A stretch of DNA of 61,944 nt, the filler included. It is 16 parts of 16 records of this genome, joined end to end, with 100 filler letters (N's around TTAATTAATTAA, not from the genome) between each part and the next. Parts side by side here need not be neighbours in the genome. Positions count along the whole stretch, not along the records: positions 21,236 to 26,310 come from SRR7504441_134794; positions 26,411 to 29,665 come from SRR7504441_134899; positions 29,766 to 33,347 come from SRR7504441_135426; 13 more parts are not named here. One strand, written 5' to 3'. Numbering within the stretch: the first letter of the stretch is position 1; every line of letters begins with the position of its first letter. The position numbers and the translations under genes were made by a program. The notes beneath the pieces were generated by a model. It saw only the letters and a list, made by a program, of their open reading frames with translations, was not told where the DNA came from and ran no database searches. Positions 21,970 through 33,447 of this stretch are shown piece by piece.

Positions 21970-23853
21970 CTACGTTCCTCTCCTTGAGCGTATTGGCATG
22001 GTGACATTCTCGAGAGATTGAAGATTGAGATCCTGGCTGTTCTCTGACGAATCGGAGCTAAAACTATCCGACAGACTCTGCTGGTGGCCTTGGCGGAACC
22101 ACTCGTCGTTCTTGATTTCTTCGAGCGTGGCTCGCTTATTTGGCTCAATCACTAGGATTTTCCGGAGCAGCGCTGCCACAGCATGGTCAGGGCGATACGG
22201 GACGGCATGCGCACCCTGGAGACCGGGAGACATGCCGGCGGGGAACTGAAACTGTCCGTTCATGTAATCGACGAACTCTTCGCATTCCTCACACGCATCA
22301 TCCCACGGCAGCTGCCCCTGAGTGCACGCATACAGCACAATTCCGCATGACCACACATCCGCGCATCGACCATCGTACGTGTCAGTCCCCCTCAGGATCT
22401 GACAGATCGCCGGTAAGTCGGCGATGCACCCAACCATGCTCTGTGTACCTCTGGCGGTGCATAGCCATTGCTGCCGCAGGCCTGGCACAGCAGCACAGGC
22501 CCAGTCTGTCCGCCAATATAAGCACTCAGCCCAAAGTCGGTCAATTTAATCCTGCCGCCCGAGGTCATCGGCGCTGCCAGGCAGGTCGGAGGGGCACCGG
22601 CCGTTGGTTGTGCCGTCGTCGATGATCAATAAGTTGTCTGGTTTCACATCCAAGTGCACCACATTCACCTGGAGCTGGTGAGCTGCCATGCAGCACCCGC
22701 GGCCACCTTATGGCAGCAGTCCACGCCGTTGATCAGGTCGCGAAAGTAGCTACGGGCGGTGTCTTCATCGATGCACCCGAGTGCTGCGACCAGTCTAATC
22801 AGCCTCTGTGCGACAGCAGGGCACAACGCAGTACAAACTCGCTAGGCACGAGAGGATGGCCAGCGGGCGAGGGCGGGCAGGGGCGCGCGCACCGTTGATC
22901 AGTTCGAGCAAGTCCATCTCCGCAAGCTCCATTACTAAGTAGTCCATCTCGCCCCTGTTGAGCACCTGTGAACCACCACAGGTGAGACCAGCGCACAGTT
23001 TGCTCCAGGGGCAGCCCCAGCTAGCGGCGCGGGCACGGCGCGCAGCTCACCTCGTAAACTTTCACGACGTTACGGCTCTGTGAGCGACGCGTGTTCTCGG
23101 ACTGTAGAATAGCCCAATCAGAGGAGCGCAGGTTGGGGCGGGGCGCAGGTGACCTCTGAGTTGGTGCACTCCTGGTTGTGGCGCTTTTTGCTGGTGATCT
23201 TGATGGCCAGAGGCTTCCCGTTGGTCACATTCACGGCTCGTACCACCTGGGTCACCAGGATTACACCAGGTTGCCAAACAGGGGCCCGAACCGTGCCGTC
23301 GTTCCCTTTTCCAATCGTCGAGCCCAGCTGATACCTGCGAGGCGAGCACGGGGTCAGCGCGTCTACCACTGCACGTGTGGATGTGGTGCGCAGCTGTTAC
23401 CTCCCACTGACGAGAGTGCCGGGGGAGCAGCACGCGCCCGCGGTACCAGCGGCCGGGGGCGGCATCGCTCCAGCCAAGGCCGCGTAGGGATCCGTCTTGG
23501 GCGGTTGGTACACAGGGAGCATATGGTCGGATGTATCAGTGTCGTCCGCCGCGTCGAAGTCTCCAAACGGGCACGGTGGCGACTCGTCCGTGGTGCATCG
23601 CACCATCTGCGGCCAGTGCACAGTGAGTGCCACTCGCGAGCAGCGGGCGGCACCTCGAGTTGCGGCAACTGGGGGATCAGTTGATCATGAAGTCGAACTC
23701 GTTCAGAATGTCTATGTTGTCGCCCGCCTGCCCAGACCCTGCTCTCAGTACGCGGTCCGCTTTGCAGCAGGGTCCATCACCTGCACTGCCTTGTTGACAG
23801 AGATAGTCGCTCAACTGCACGATTTGCTTTGCCGTTGGTCCAGAAATATACAT
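21970..23853 (-). CDS. Ser/Thr protein kinase, CAMK group (CHK1/SNF1-like), non-RD, about 11 introns
   Basis: Spliced motifs IGKGNDGTV, LAIK, HLDVKPDNLL, DFGLS, CGSNGYAPPE, ADVWSCGIVL, LPWD. Start is ATG 23606 or 23853. Confidence 0.85.
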
Positions 23854-23977
23854 TGTACAGTATAATTAATAGCTGTGAATGCAGCGGCTAAGCGGCGTGT
23901 AGTTCTCGGTACTTGGTTCCGCGTCGCCGCGTTGGGTTAACGTGCTTACATTAGTTCATAAGATCTAGCCTTGTTTA

Positions 23978-25315
23978 TCATGAGGGTATTTGCTCAAACC
24001 CGGCACGCAAGCTATCTTCGATGTCGTCGATCTCACCGATACAAACTAGCGTGCTAACTGTGTCCTCATAACTGCACACATTACTCGTGGCAGCTCGACG
24101 AGCACCCAATTCCTCAGCGGCAGCTCGCCCCTCCGCCGTCGGGGGAAAGCATATTCCAGACGGGGTAGTGTGGTAGCGTGGTCCAGGCTCTCTGCCTGAA
24201 CCGTGCGCACTCGAGCCATCTCCGGCTGGCGCTGGGTACAAGCTCTCGTCGATCCGGTCCACTTCGGCATGCCCCCGCACACACTGCACCAGAGACCTGC
24301 CTTCCACCCTGCTGAACTCGCATATCCCTTTCACTCTGTACAGCTGCCCGCCATGACGCTCCATCACTTCTGTCAACCAGTCTGTGAACGCCAGCTCATC
24401 CATCGGGGCGGTCCGCTCCAATGAGATCGCACCGAACCGCTGGTGCAGATGCGTCGCGCCAGCCCGGCTGCTAGCGAGCGCCCTGCACGCCTGCAGAGCC
24501 CTCTCAGCGGAGAAAGCGTCCACCCTGAGCACGCTGTCTAGAGGCACCTGCCCGTGCTCGCACTGGAGCACGGCGCTGGTCGGATTGAGGCTCCGAACCA
24601 GCCCGTCCAGCACGGCCCGCTCGTCAGCCCCGGCCAAGTCACACTTGTTGATCAAGACCACGTCAGCTAGTGAGAGCTGCTCTATCAGCAACTGCCCAAC
24701 AGCCGGCTCGATCTCCTCACTGTCCGAACCCCAGCTGTCGCTGTCCTCCTCCACCGTCTCCGCCGCGCTCTCCGGCTCGAGCGCGGCCTGGATCCGTTCC
24801 GTGGCCGCCTGCGCCTCGAGCAGAGTGACGATAGCGTCCAGCCGGAAGCTCCGCTGGACGTAGGTATCCGCGAAGAAGGTGCTCACGACCGGGCCGACCT
24901 CACTGAGCCCCGACAATTCGATCAGCACCCCGTCCAGGTGCTTGCCCGCCAGCTCGGACACCAGCTGGCGGAGCCCAGACACCAGGTCGCCCCGCACCCG
25001 GCAGCACATGCACCCGCTCGCCATCGTGAGCACCGCCACCTCCCCGAACTTGGTCACCACCAGCGCGTCGTCCACCGCGGTCTGCCCGAACTCGTTCTGG
25101 ATCACGCAGTACTTGCCGGCCGCCCCGGTCAGGATTCGGTTGAGCAGGGTGGTCTTCCCGCTCCCCAGGAAACCAGTGAGCAGCGTGCACGGCACCCGGG
25201 TCGGCAGCTCGGGGCAGGCCTCGATCTCGAGTAGCTGGGCGTCGGTCAGCCGGAAGTTGTCCCACGAGGCCATGCCCCAGGAGCCCTCCGGCTCCCGGGC
25301 ACAGAAGATGCACAT
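23978..25315 (-). CDS. CobW/COG0523 (ZNG1-like) zinc-binding GTPase metallochaperone, intronless
   Basis: TGFLGSGKTT, QNEFG, GCMCC, NKCD and the CobW_C motif LYRVKGI. Confidence 0.92.
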   Translation of the reverse strand: MCIFCAREPEGSWGMASWDNFRLTDAQLLEIEACPELPTRVPCTLLTGFLGSGKTTLLNRILTGAAGKYCVIQNEFGQTAVDDALVVTKFGEVAVLTMASGCMCCRVRGDLVSGLRQLVSELAGKHLDGVLIELSGLSEVGPVVSTFFADTYVQRSFRLDAIVTLLEAQAATERIQAALEPESAAETVEEDSDSWGSDSEEIEPAVGQLLIEQLSLADVVLINKCDLAGADERAVLDGLVRSLNPTSAVLQCEHGQVPLDSVLRVDAFSAERALQACRALASSRAGATHLHQRFGAISLERTAPMDELAFTDWLTEVMERHGGQLYRVKGICEFSRVEGRSLVQCVRGHAEVDRIDESLYPAPAGDGSSAHGSGREPGPRYHTTPSGICFPPTAEGRAAAEELGARRAATSNVCSYEDTVSTLVCIGEIDDIEDSLRAGFEQIPS

Positions 25316-25370
25316 TCGCGCTCGTGCGGTACCAGCGGCGTCCGTTATTGTGGAACGTCGAATCGGAGGG

Positions 25371-25395
25371 TAGGAATATTCGCCAAATATTCCTA
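25371..25395. promoter_or_regulatory. Perfect 10-bp inverted repeat upstream of the CobW gene
   Basis: TAGGAATATT-cgcca-AATATTCCTA, with a third half-site ATATTCCTA at 25402-25410. Confidence 0.45.
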
Positions 25396-25689
25396 ACTAC
25401 TATATTCCTACTGCGTACATATTGTTTTGTTATCTAGATTTTAGTGTATAATCACACGATCAAAAGACTTAGTAGATCAAGAGCCCAGTTGATTTCTAAG
25501 ATCGATGATTTATTCATAATTATAAATTAAAACATGTGCAATGTCATATTCGCAACACTTTCGAGGTCAAGTCTAGGGTCATCGAGTCCCTTTTCGATAA
25601 TTATTCGATAATCATAGTGTCACATATCGCTTCGCTGGTACATAGTAAGAAATATGACGCAACAAAGCCCTGAGGACCTTGTGCGGACC

Positions 25690-26310
25690 TCAGGGCTCAT
25701 CCGGGTGGCTAGGCTGCACAGCCACAGCACTATAAGATGTGGGCTGGCTGGTCATTGGAATTTGCTCCAACTCAACAACGTCACGCTTGGCCCACAGCGT
25801 CTTATACACCACAAGGAGCACGATGGCAGTCACCACACTGATACTCAGGATGACAATGAATGCAACGAGTCCCTGACACAAGCTCAATTAAGACAAGACA
25901 CAGATACCTTTCACCTGATTGTGGCTGCCACTTTCACTCGAGTGCGAGGTCACAGCGCCACTCCGCGCATTTAGCTCGGTCGCGGCAACGGCGGCACCTA
26001 CCGCACGCTGATTTGTTTTTCTGGCAAAGGGAAGAGCTCACCTGAAGCAGATTTTGCATCAAGGGCATCCAGGGCCTTCTTGAGCTGAGCCCGCACATCC
26101 GTCAGTTCCTGCTTGAGTTTCTGCTTGAGCTTCAACCAGGCGGGGATGGTCGGTGATGCTGTGGGGGATGGAGTCGGTGATGGGGTAGGGGCTGGAGTCG
26201 GTGCAGGTGGACCTACCACCGCCCTAAGCTGCCTTTCTGGCCGAGGCAAGAGCTCACCTCTCACAAGGCAGAATTGCGCCAGTTGCATGGATGATAGCCG
26301 GCTGAGCGAC
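25690..26310 (-). CDS. Single-pass membrane protein with PT-repeat linker and coiled coil, 5'-truncated
   Basis: PAPTPAPTPSPTPSPT; two short introns; TM segment GLVAFIVILSISVVTAIVLLVVY. Confidence 0.65.
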
Positions 26311-26416
26311 NNNNNNNNNNNNNNNNNNNNNNNNNNNNNNNNNNNNNNNNNNNNTTAATTAATTAANNNNNNNNNNNNNNNNNNNNNNNNNNNNNNNNNN
26401 NNNNNNNNNNATAATG

Positions 26417-27222
26417 CTACAACGGCGGAAGCTCGGTCGAGTCTTGCTTTCTGCTAGATTTTTGATGATGCTCCAAATTGGGGTCACGGTCATGATCACG
26501 GTGCATGGTCACCACTCCACCTTGTTGCATATTCCTCGCTCGAATAGCCTCTTCCACGGCACATGTGCGTGTAGCCTGGGGTATCAAACTCCTAGATTGC
26601 CGTGAGCCAGGACGGCTGACCGATCCCATCCGAGGAGCTGGGGCTGGAGTGACCGTACAGCCTCGCACACCTTCTTGGTTTAGCTGAGGAGGTCTCACGT
26701 CTGGTGGTGAAGGTGAACGCTCTCGAGGTGTCCTAGTGTGATTCTCACTTACAGCCAAATACTGAGCAGCATCCGCTGTGTAGAGGTAAGGTGGTTCAGA
26801 TACAGTCCCAGCGGCATCCGCCCAATATTGCTCCAATATATCTGTTTCTGAATGCCTTTGTGCCGTCTGGGGACTGGCGACAGTTACCGGATGCCCATGG
26901 GATAGATGCTCCGATAGAAGCTGCTGAAAATAGTTGGTGACGGCCACGAGCTGTGATCGGTCGACCTTATCTTGAATCGTACCGCCCAGCTCCTGCAGTT
27001 CCACCATCTACAGGAGCACCGACCAAGGTTTCAGTTCTAGTTTGCAGGGTGACGTTACCTGATTTTGCAGTGGTTTCAGTTCTTCCTCGAACTTCCCCTG
27101 AACTCCCCGTACCGATGACTCCTGCCAAACTATGAGTCACGTACTGCTGATGCCAGTGCGAGGAACCTGCTGTTCACTCATAGCCTGTAGTTGATCTTTG
27201 AGGTCGGTACCATCAACGCCTG
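26417..27222 (-). CDS. 3' part of a hypothetical coiled-coil protein; 5' end replaced by unrelated sequence
   Basis: Spliced frame DLKDQLQAMSEQQ-ESSVRGVQGKFEEELKPLQNQ-MVELQELGG. Confidence 0.55.
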
Positions 27223-27366
27223 TTCTCTGGATCCGCGGCCACCATCTGCTCTGTCTGTTCCATAATGCGGGTGAAGAATCGATCGCGGGCCTCAAGCTGG
27301 GGTGGTGTGATCCGCCAGTCATAACTCGCCCCGATCACGCTGCCGTGCTGCCCGTCCCACTCGTTG
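27220..27366 (-). pseudogene. Isolated LCAT/PDAT-family fragment
   Basis: VIGASYDWRITPPQLEARDRFFTRIMEQTEQMV matches the LCAT/PDAT motif APYDWRLSP..LEERDGYF; it stops before the HSMG nucleophile. Confidence 0.7.
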
Positions 27367-27447
27367 CATTGTACCCATCTCAGACGGTCTAGGCTGGTGT
27401 CGGCTGCTGAGGGCTTTGCAGGGATTTGAGCACACACAGCACGTGCT

Positions 27448-28054
27448 ATGCGGCACCCAGCAACCGGACCCGACCTTAAGGCTGCGTGAAGGGTACCATT
27501 ACTGGAGGCGTGTGATCAGTGGCAGGCTTTAGCTGACTTACAGCGCGATGGCTATGTTCGAATCGGCAAGGTCCAGCTCGCGGATGAGCAAGGCGCCTAA
27601 CAAATGGAGGTTAGATTCTGCCCAAGGAGCCACTCCTGCAGCTCCGGAAGGAACTGATCGAATGGCAGCGCAACAGCCCTGCAGCAGACGTGGGCGATTG
27701 TGTGATTTATGACAGCTCGATTTCGCACTTTGGAACTTGCAACCAACTTGAAACTGACAGGTCTCTGCTAATTTAGCCGCCTAGAATATGATCGTGATTG
27801 CAGGCACGTCGTCAACTTCAATTTCCGATCCAACTCAGATCCACGCTCAGGTCTTGGATACGACATTGTTGAAGATTGGTGACCTATGCGTTGGCATGTC
27901 GACGTCTTGGAAGCATTATTCACTGAGCGTGTGGTGCAGGGTGGAAGAGGGCTTTCCTAAGCACAAGATCGATACTTACTTGGGAGAAATGAGCAAAATG
28001 CGGGGTGAATTTGAGGCCCAAACACGCCACTTGTGGCCTGTCCCGTTCCTATAA
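27448..28054 (+). pseudogene. PhyH-family 2OG dioxygenase lacking its central part
   Basis: Spliced N-terminus ALADLQRDGYVRIGKILPKEPLLQLRKEL directly abuts C-terminal GDCVIYDSSISHFGTCNQLETDRHVVNFNF; no HxD segment; start uncertain. Confidence 0.6.
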
Positions 28055-28355
28055 TCCAAACCTCGCCTGCTACGTTACTGCTACGTGTAACATAAATCAT
28101 TAGTTAACAAGCTAATCGGCATTGTCGCTTCAATTGTGTACATACAACGGCAGTAGCGCTCGCCCGGCCCGGAAATCGTGCAGGAATTGTGCCTGGCTGG
28201 TGCCCGCAAGGACAAGTAACGTATTGTTCGCAAGAATCATTAGAATCACTACATGTAGCTATAGGGGGATTCATCTTACCTTTATTCATAGCAACAGAAT
28301 GAGCTCTATACATGCACATGTATAATTTATTTCTCAATCGTATATAAGTAACACG

Positions 28356-29665
28356 TCATAGGTGTTGGGATGCAAAATTCTTAACTGCAAACAAACCTGG
28401 GCCAACCAGCTTTCCGCTCTTGAAGCTGATTAGTTGCTGGTGCTGCTCTGGGGTATTTCGCCACACCGTATACGGCGAGTAGTCGGATGTGTTGGTGTAC
28501 ACGTAGTCGGCAAACCTATATTTATCCGCATTTCCTCCTTCCTTTTGGACTAGAGGGGAAAAAATACCAAAGCCCGTCTTTTCATCCATTCCATTCCTGG
28601 GCTGGTAAACTTCTCGGGCCGTCGGAGAAAGATCAGCGATGATATTCATGGTCGAGGAACCGAGCACTATGGCGTTGGCGCAGAACATGTGGTTCAATAC
28701 CGTAACAAACGGTTGGGCAATTTCGGTGGACAATACGACATCGTCCCCAAAGTTGAATTCTTGGACCTTCTTGATCACTGGATTTTTCAAATCCTCTGCT
28801 AAAATGATTACCTCCTTGAGTTGTCCAATGGCGTCGGGGTGGCGCAGGGCTTGAAGGGTGGACTGGACATAAAAGTGCAGCGGTGGCTGGCCATACTTCC
28901 AATGCGGCTGTTTGTCTCTGAAGACGTCTCCACTGCGGAAATACACTGCCACCTTGTACAGGTTCGGGGCTGAGCATGGCTTGCAGCGGAAATAGCGGTC
29001 ACGAAGACCCCAATAAGATGCTACCGCTCGGTTGGCTACCGCTTCCCGAAATAAGTCGTTATTTCCACGACCGCCACTGTGCTTTTTACGCGCTTCAAAA
29101 TATTTCATGTACCACCAGGCGGTTCCCTTCGTGGCCCGCAGCTTTGAGCAGTAGCTCCTGCCACGGCTTTCAATGCGGATATGAGTGTGGTTGGGGTAGG
29201 CAAGGTTTCGAAAGTCGGCGCAATTGAAGGCCGGCGCGTTGCCTTCCGGCGATTTGGTGATGACATTGGGCAGCTTGATCAAGCCATTGCACTCAGCCGC
29301 CCCAACAAGAGTCCATTTGATGGTCACTAGCTTATTGAAGAACCGTCCAATGGTATTGGACGGTTCTTGAATAACGGCAGGGTCATAACCATTGGCGTGC
29401 ATGAAATCGGCTTGCGACATGGTGTGGATGGTGGCGGTGCGGCCATCCGACGATGGCACCAGACAGCGCAGCGTATTCTGGTCAGATCGGGCCGTGGGGC
29501 AAAGGATAGACTCTTCTAGGTCACGGAAGGCAAAGGGCGGCCACGATGCCTTAGCTCGAGCCGGCGGTGCCGGCGCTATCTTGCCAGGTTGCACAAGTGT
29601 TGGCGCAGCGGTAGGAGCTCCAGTGGTCGGAGCATCAGTGGTTGGGGCTGAAGTGGTAGGAGCAC
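28356..29665 (-). CDS. Putative glycosyltransferase (GT11/fucosyltransferase-like) with N-terminal APT repeats, intronless, 5'-truncated
   Basis: VAVYFRSGDVF..YGQPPLHFY..IILAED..ANAIVLGSSTM. Confidence 0.62.
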
Positions 29666-29765
29666 NNNNNNNNNNNNNNNNNNNNNNNNNNNNNNNNNNN
29701 NNNNNNNNNTTAATTAATTAANNNNNNNNNNNNNNNNNNNNNNNNNNNNNNNNNNNNNNNNNNNN

Positions 29766-32700
29766 AGACATGCTCTTCTCACAGGCCGAGATGCTAACCA
29801 TCCTCCGGAGTGTGCCAGTGAGCCAATATTTGCTGCCGGTTGGCGACTGGCACGACGGGCTCGACTTGCCGTTTGTGTATCTGCGTGAGACGATCTCGTG
29901 CAGGGTGTTCATAGGACAGTTGCATGAGCTTGACTCTTGCGGCGAGGAGGCTCACGAATTCAGTCTTCGTGTGAAGATAAACGGCACTCGGGTAGTGTGC
30001 CACCAGTCGCTCGACTTTCACAGCAGCCACCCGTTCGCGGAGTGTATCAGCTACTCGCTCCCACCGGACGCCAGTTCTATCTGTGCCAAGATAACGTTGC
30101 TGTATGATGGTTTCCCCGAGGCATGTGCAACTCACACGATCACCAGTGAGCAATGGGCTGCGAATGGGCAGTATTCCGGTCAGATCGCAGTGCCGCTCAC
30201 GTTCACAAAGCGGGCTAGACTGCGGAGGCGTCTGGGCGATTTCGTTCACGCGCCGGAGAGCGATTCGGTCCAAGCCGCAAGAACTTTAAGAGAAAGCCAG
30301 GTGGGCAGGCTAGACCTGCGGTTTAGCTTGACCGTCTGTGAGCCCGGGAACTGGTTCAAGCCTTCAGAGCACGCCCTCGCTCAGCACAGCGGCGGGCAGC
30401 CGGCGCGTTATGATTCGTGCACCATGGGCAGGCACGCCTGGAGCCCGGCGAGCACGCTGGCACTGCACGACTTCGAGGAAATGCATAAGCAACGCCCAGA
30501 GATTTGGCAGGTACCTGACGGGTCCGGGGGGCTCGCTGACTGCCACAGCTGCCCGCCTCCAGTGGCGCGGGTGACTGCCATCTACGGTGTGAATCTCCCT
30601 ACACCAAGGACCCTTTTCTTGCGCCACCCAGCCGCGCTCTGCACGGGTGGGGCTATGGACGAGCATGCCTTGCGGTCTTGTTTCGAGTTGGACGCCTCCG
30701 GTGATTACGACGGGTTGGCGTGCGTCGATGGGGTGGGTTACGAGACGTCCCAAACTCCGCAGTTTCGGCCCGGTGATCGTACGCCCGTCTTTATGAGTGG
30801 CGATGGCACAGTGCCATACTGGAGCCTGCGGCACGCGGCAACCTGGAGATCCGAACACTGTCAAGTCCAGATCCATGAGCTGCCAGACTGTGACCACAGG
30901 GGAGTGTCGTCTGATTCTCGGATGTTGCACTTGCTCGAGGGCATCCTTGGATTGTGCAGCACACAGGAGCACGAGCAACTCAAGCAGGAGATCGACAAAG
31001 CCGGAGCTGCCGCCCAGGAGCGGTGGAGTAGCTCGCGATGTGCTGGAAACGATTTGTGCGCAGGAATCGCCAAGTTAGGCAGTAGACGATTCGACCAACT
31101 CCGGACGAGGTTTCGTCTGCTGGTTGTGTCGCTGGCAGTGATAAGCCTGCTTGCCTGCGGCTTGGCCCTGGTATATGGCGCCTCCGAGGACTATGGCTTC
31201 ATCTCAGCGATGTCTTGGGCATCGGGCGGGATGGATCTAAAAGGGAGCAGCCTGTCGGGGACAGGATCAGCGTTCATCGTCGATTGGGACCCCAAAGCTT
31301 TTGACCTTGGCGTGCTTACTTATGCATACCTGGGGGACATGATTACCCAGGATGTCACGTACTTGCAGACTGCGGGCCTAATCGCGTACGAGTACGATGC
31401 ATCCTGCAGCACCGCGACCCAGACTTACTCGCAGTTGATATTCCAATACGGGGCCGTCAGCCAGGTTGTGGCATTCAGGCCGGCTTCTATAAAGCTATGT
31501 GTCAAGGTGAACTGTCAAACACACGCACTTGCGCTCCAAGAGTACTCGGATACAGCCGAGTGCGTTGGTCTCGATTCGACTTCGGACTTGTGGGGCGGCC
31601 TGTTCAGTGACAACAGCTGTGTGACAGCCACATTCGCGTACCAGTCCACGACATACAGCATGGGCTTACGAGGGTGTGATTCGAGCGTCGAGACAAATAT
31701 CGACAGTAGGCGAGCATCGGGGCAGGCGTATCTTCCCACTGCACTCGTCTATTACTCGAGCTCCGCAGCTGTGGCCGCACAAATTGTGGCCGTCTTGGGG
31801 GGCATGACTGCATCAGCCTTTGATGCTGCCGCAAAGGCGGCGTTCAAGGACACCATTGCAGCAAGTGCGGGTAGTGTGTGTGGGTGGTCAGGAACCAGTG
31901 CATGCACGGCAACAGACGTCACTATCGTGAGTTCCTCGCGGCGAAATCTCGAAGTCACTTTCGCGTTGACCGCACGAAGCGACGCCTGGGCAACAGAAGC
32001 CCTCTCGAGGATTTCCAGCTACATGGAGACTGAACAATTTATAACCGACCTGGGGGCTCGCAGTGTCATCATCACAAGCGCGCAAGTCACGGAATCTTCT
32101 ACAGTGTCTGAAGTTGCTGAAGAAACTTGCAGGGCGTTCGTACCTAGCGCAGCAGATTGCTACCCAATCGTGTACGACCCTGCGGAGTTAGTCTCATGCA
32201 CGGATGGCCGACAGAGCGTGGCAAGCACCTGTCCGAAGTACTGCAATTTGGCCTACGAGTGTCCTGGTGGGTGTCTTGGAGATGGTTCAGGAAGTTTATT
32301 CGACTGCGGGACAGTTTGCCCCGTGGAAATCTGCACAGTTTCGCGGCGGTCGACTGGCCCTTCCCTGAGGAACGCCACCAGGTCGGCGTCCATGTCGGAG
32401 CATCGGAGGACCACCACAATACCAGTCGTCGAGAGCAGTTCAGTGACCGGTACAAACGGCATGAGCCTAGATGCCGGTGTCTTCTCATACACTGGCCTCA
32501 CATGCACAAGTCTCACCTCGGGTGTCTTGAGCACCAGCGACGGGGAGGTCGCTGTCACTGTACCATACGATTTGACTGTCAGCGGACAAGTGTTCGCCTT
32601 CTACTGCATCTCAGCAGACACGTTGGTTCAGACGACAAGGGGCCTTCCCACCGGCGAATACCAGAAGTGTGTCAACACGTATCAGGCGTGCGTGGAGGTA

Positions 32701-33347
32701 GGGCACGAAGGCACTGGGCTGTGGAAGCACATAAGCTATCTTTGTAACAAGGGATTGGATGCAGATATGTGCAAGAACTGCTACCAGGCGGGCATTGAGA
32801 CGTACATTATTCTGGCTATCACCTGCGCAGTTCAGTTGCCCCTCGTCTGGCTCAGTATTGTGAGGACATCGCCTTTGCAGGATAGCCGGTGCAGCAAATT
32901 CATGTCACTGCCACTGGCTGCTACAGTGATTGCAGGCTCGCTCCTAGCCTATCTCACGTGGTACCTGAGATGCTACGATGGACTCGAAGATCTGATCGAT
33001 GACTCGATTAGCGAGGAGAGTCTCCAAGGCTTTGTTCGAGCCAGGACCGAAGTCAACTGGAACAGCATGCTCCCTCTGCTTGTTGCTAGCCTGGTGCTTT
33101 CTGTATCGGTGGTGAGTATGTTCTTTCATGTGCCAGAGCCGTGGGGTAGCGTGTGCAGAGACCCACGGATCATCGAACCGAAACCAAACAGCGTTCATCT
33201 GGAGTGCTGCTCCGTATCACCTGACCATTGGGGCGCTGATAAGGAGCTGCAGCACTGGCCCATGGATGGAGAGCAAATAGAGCTGGTCCATGGATTGGGG
33301 CTCGCACAAAGGCCCACGGATGGAGAGCAAATAGAGCTCGTACCTAA
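29766..33347 (+). CDS. Large intronless ORF: LCAT-type alpha/beta-hydrolase C-half followed by a claudin/amastin-like 4-TM module with a very large Cys-rich loop; truncated at both ends
   Basis: AIYGVNLPT, SGDGTVPYWSL, DHRG; one TM near 31110-31180 and three near 32800-33130; SEA-like segment; 54-nt tandem duplication (33257 and 33311). Confidence 0.7.
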
Positions 33348-33447
33348 NNNNNNNNNNNNNNNNNNNNNNNNNNNNNNNNNNNNNNNNNNNNTTAATTAAT
33401 TAANNNNNNNNNNNNNNNNNNNNNNNNNNNNNNNNNNNNNNNNNNNN

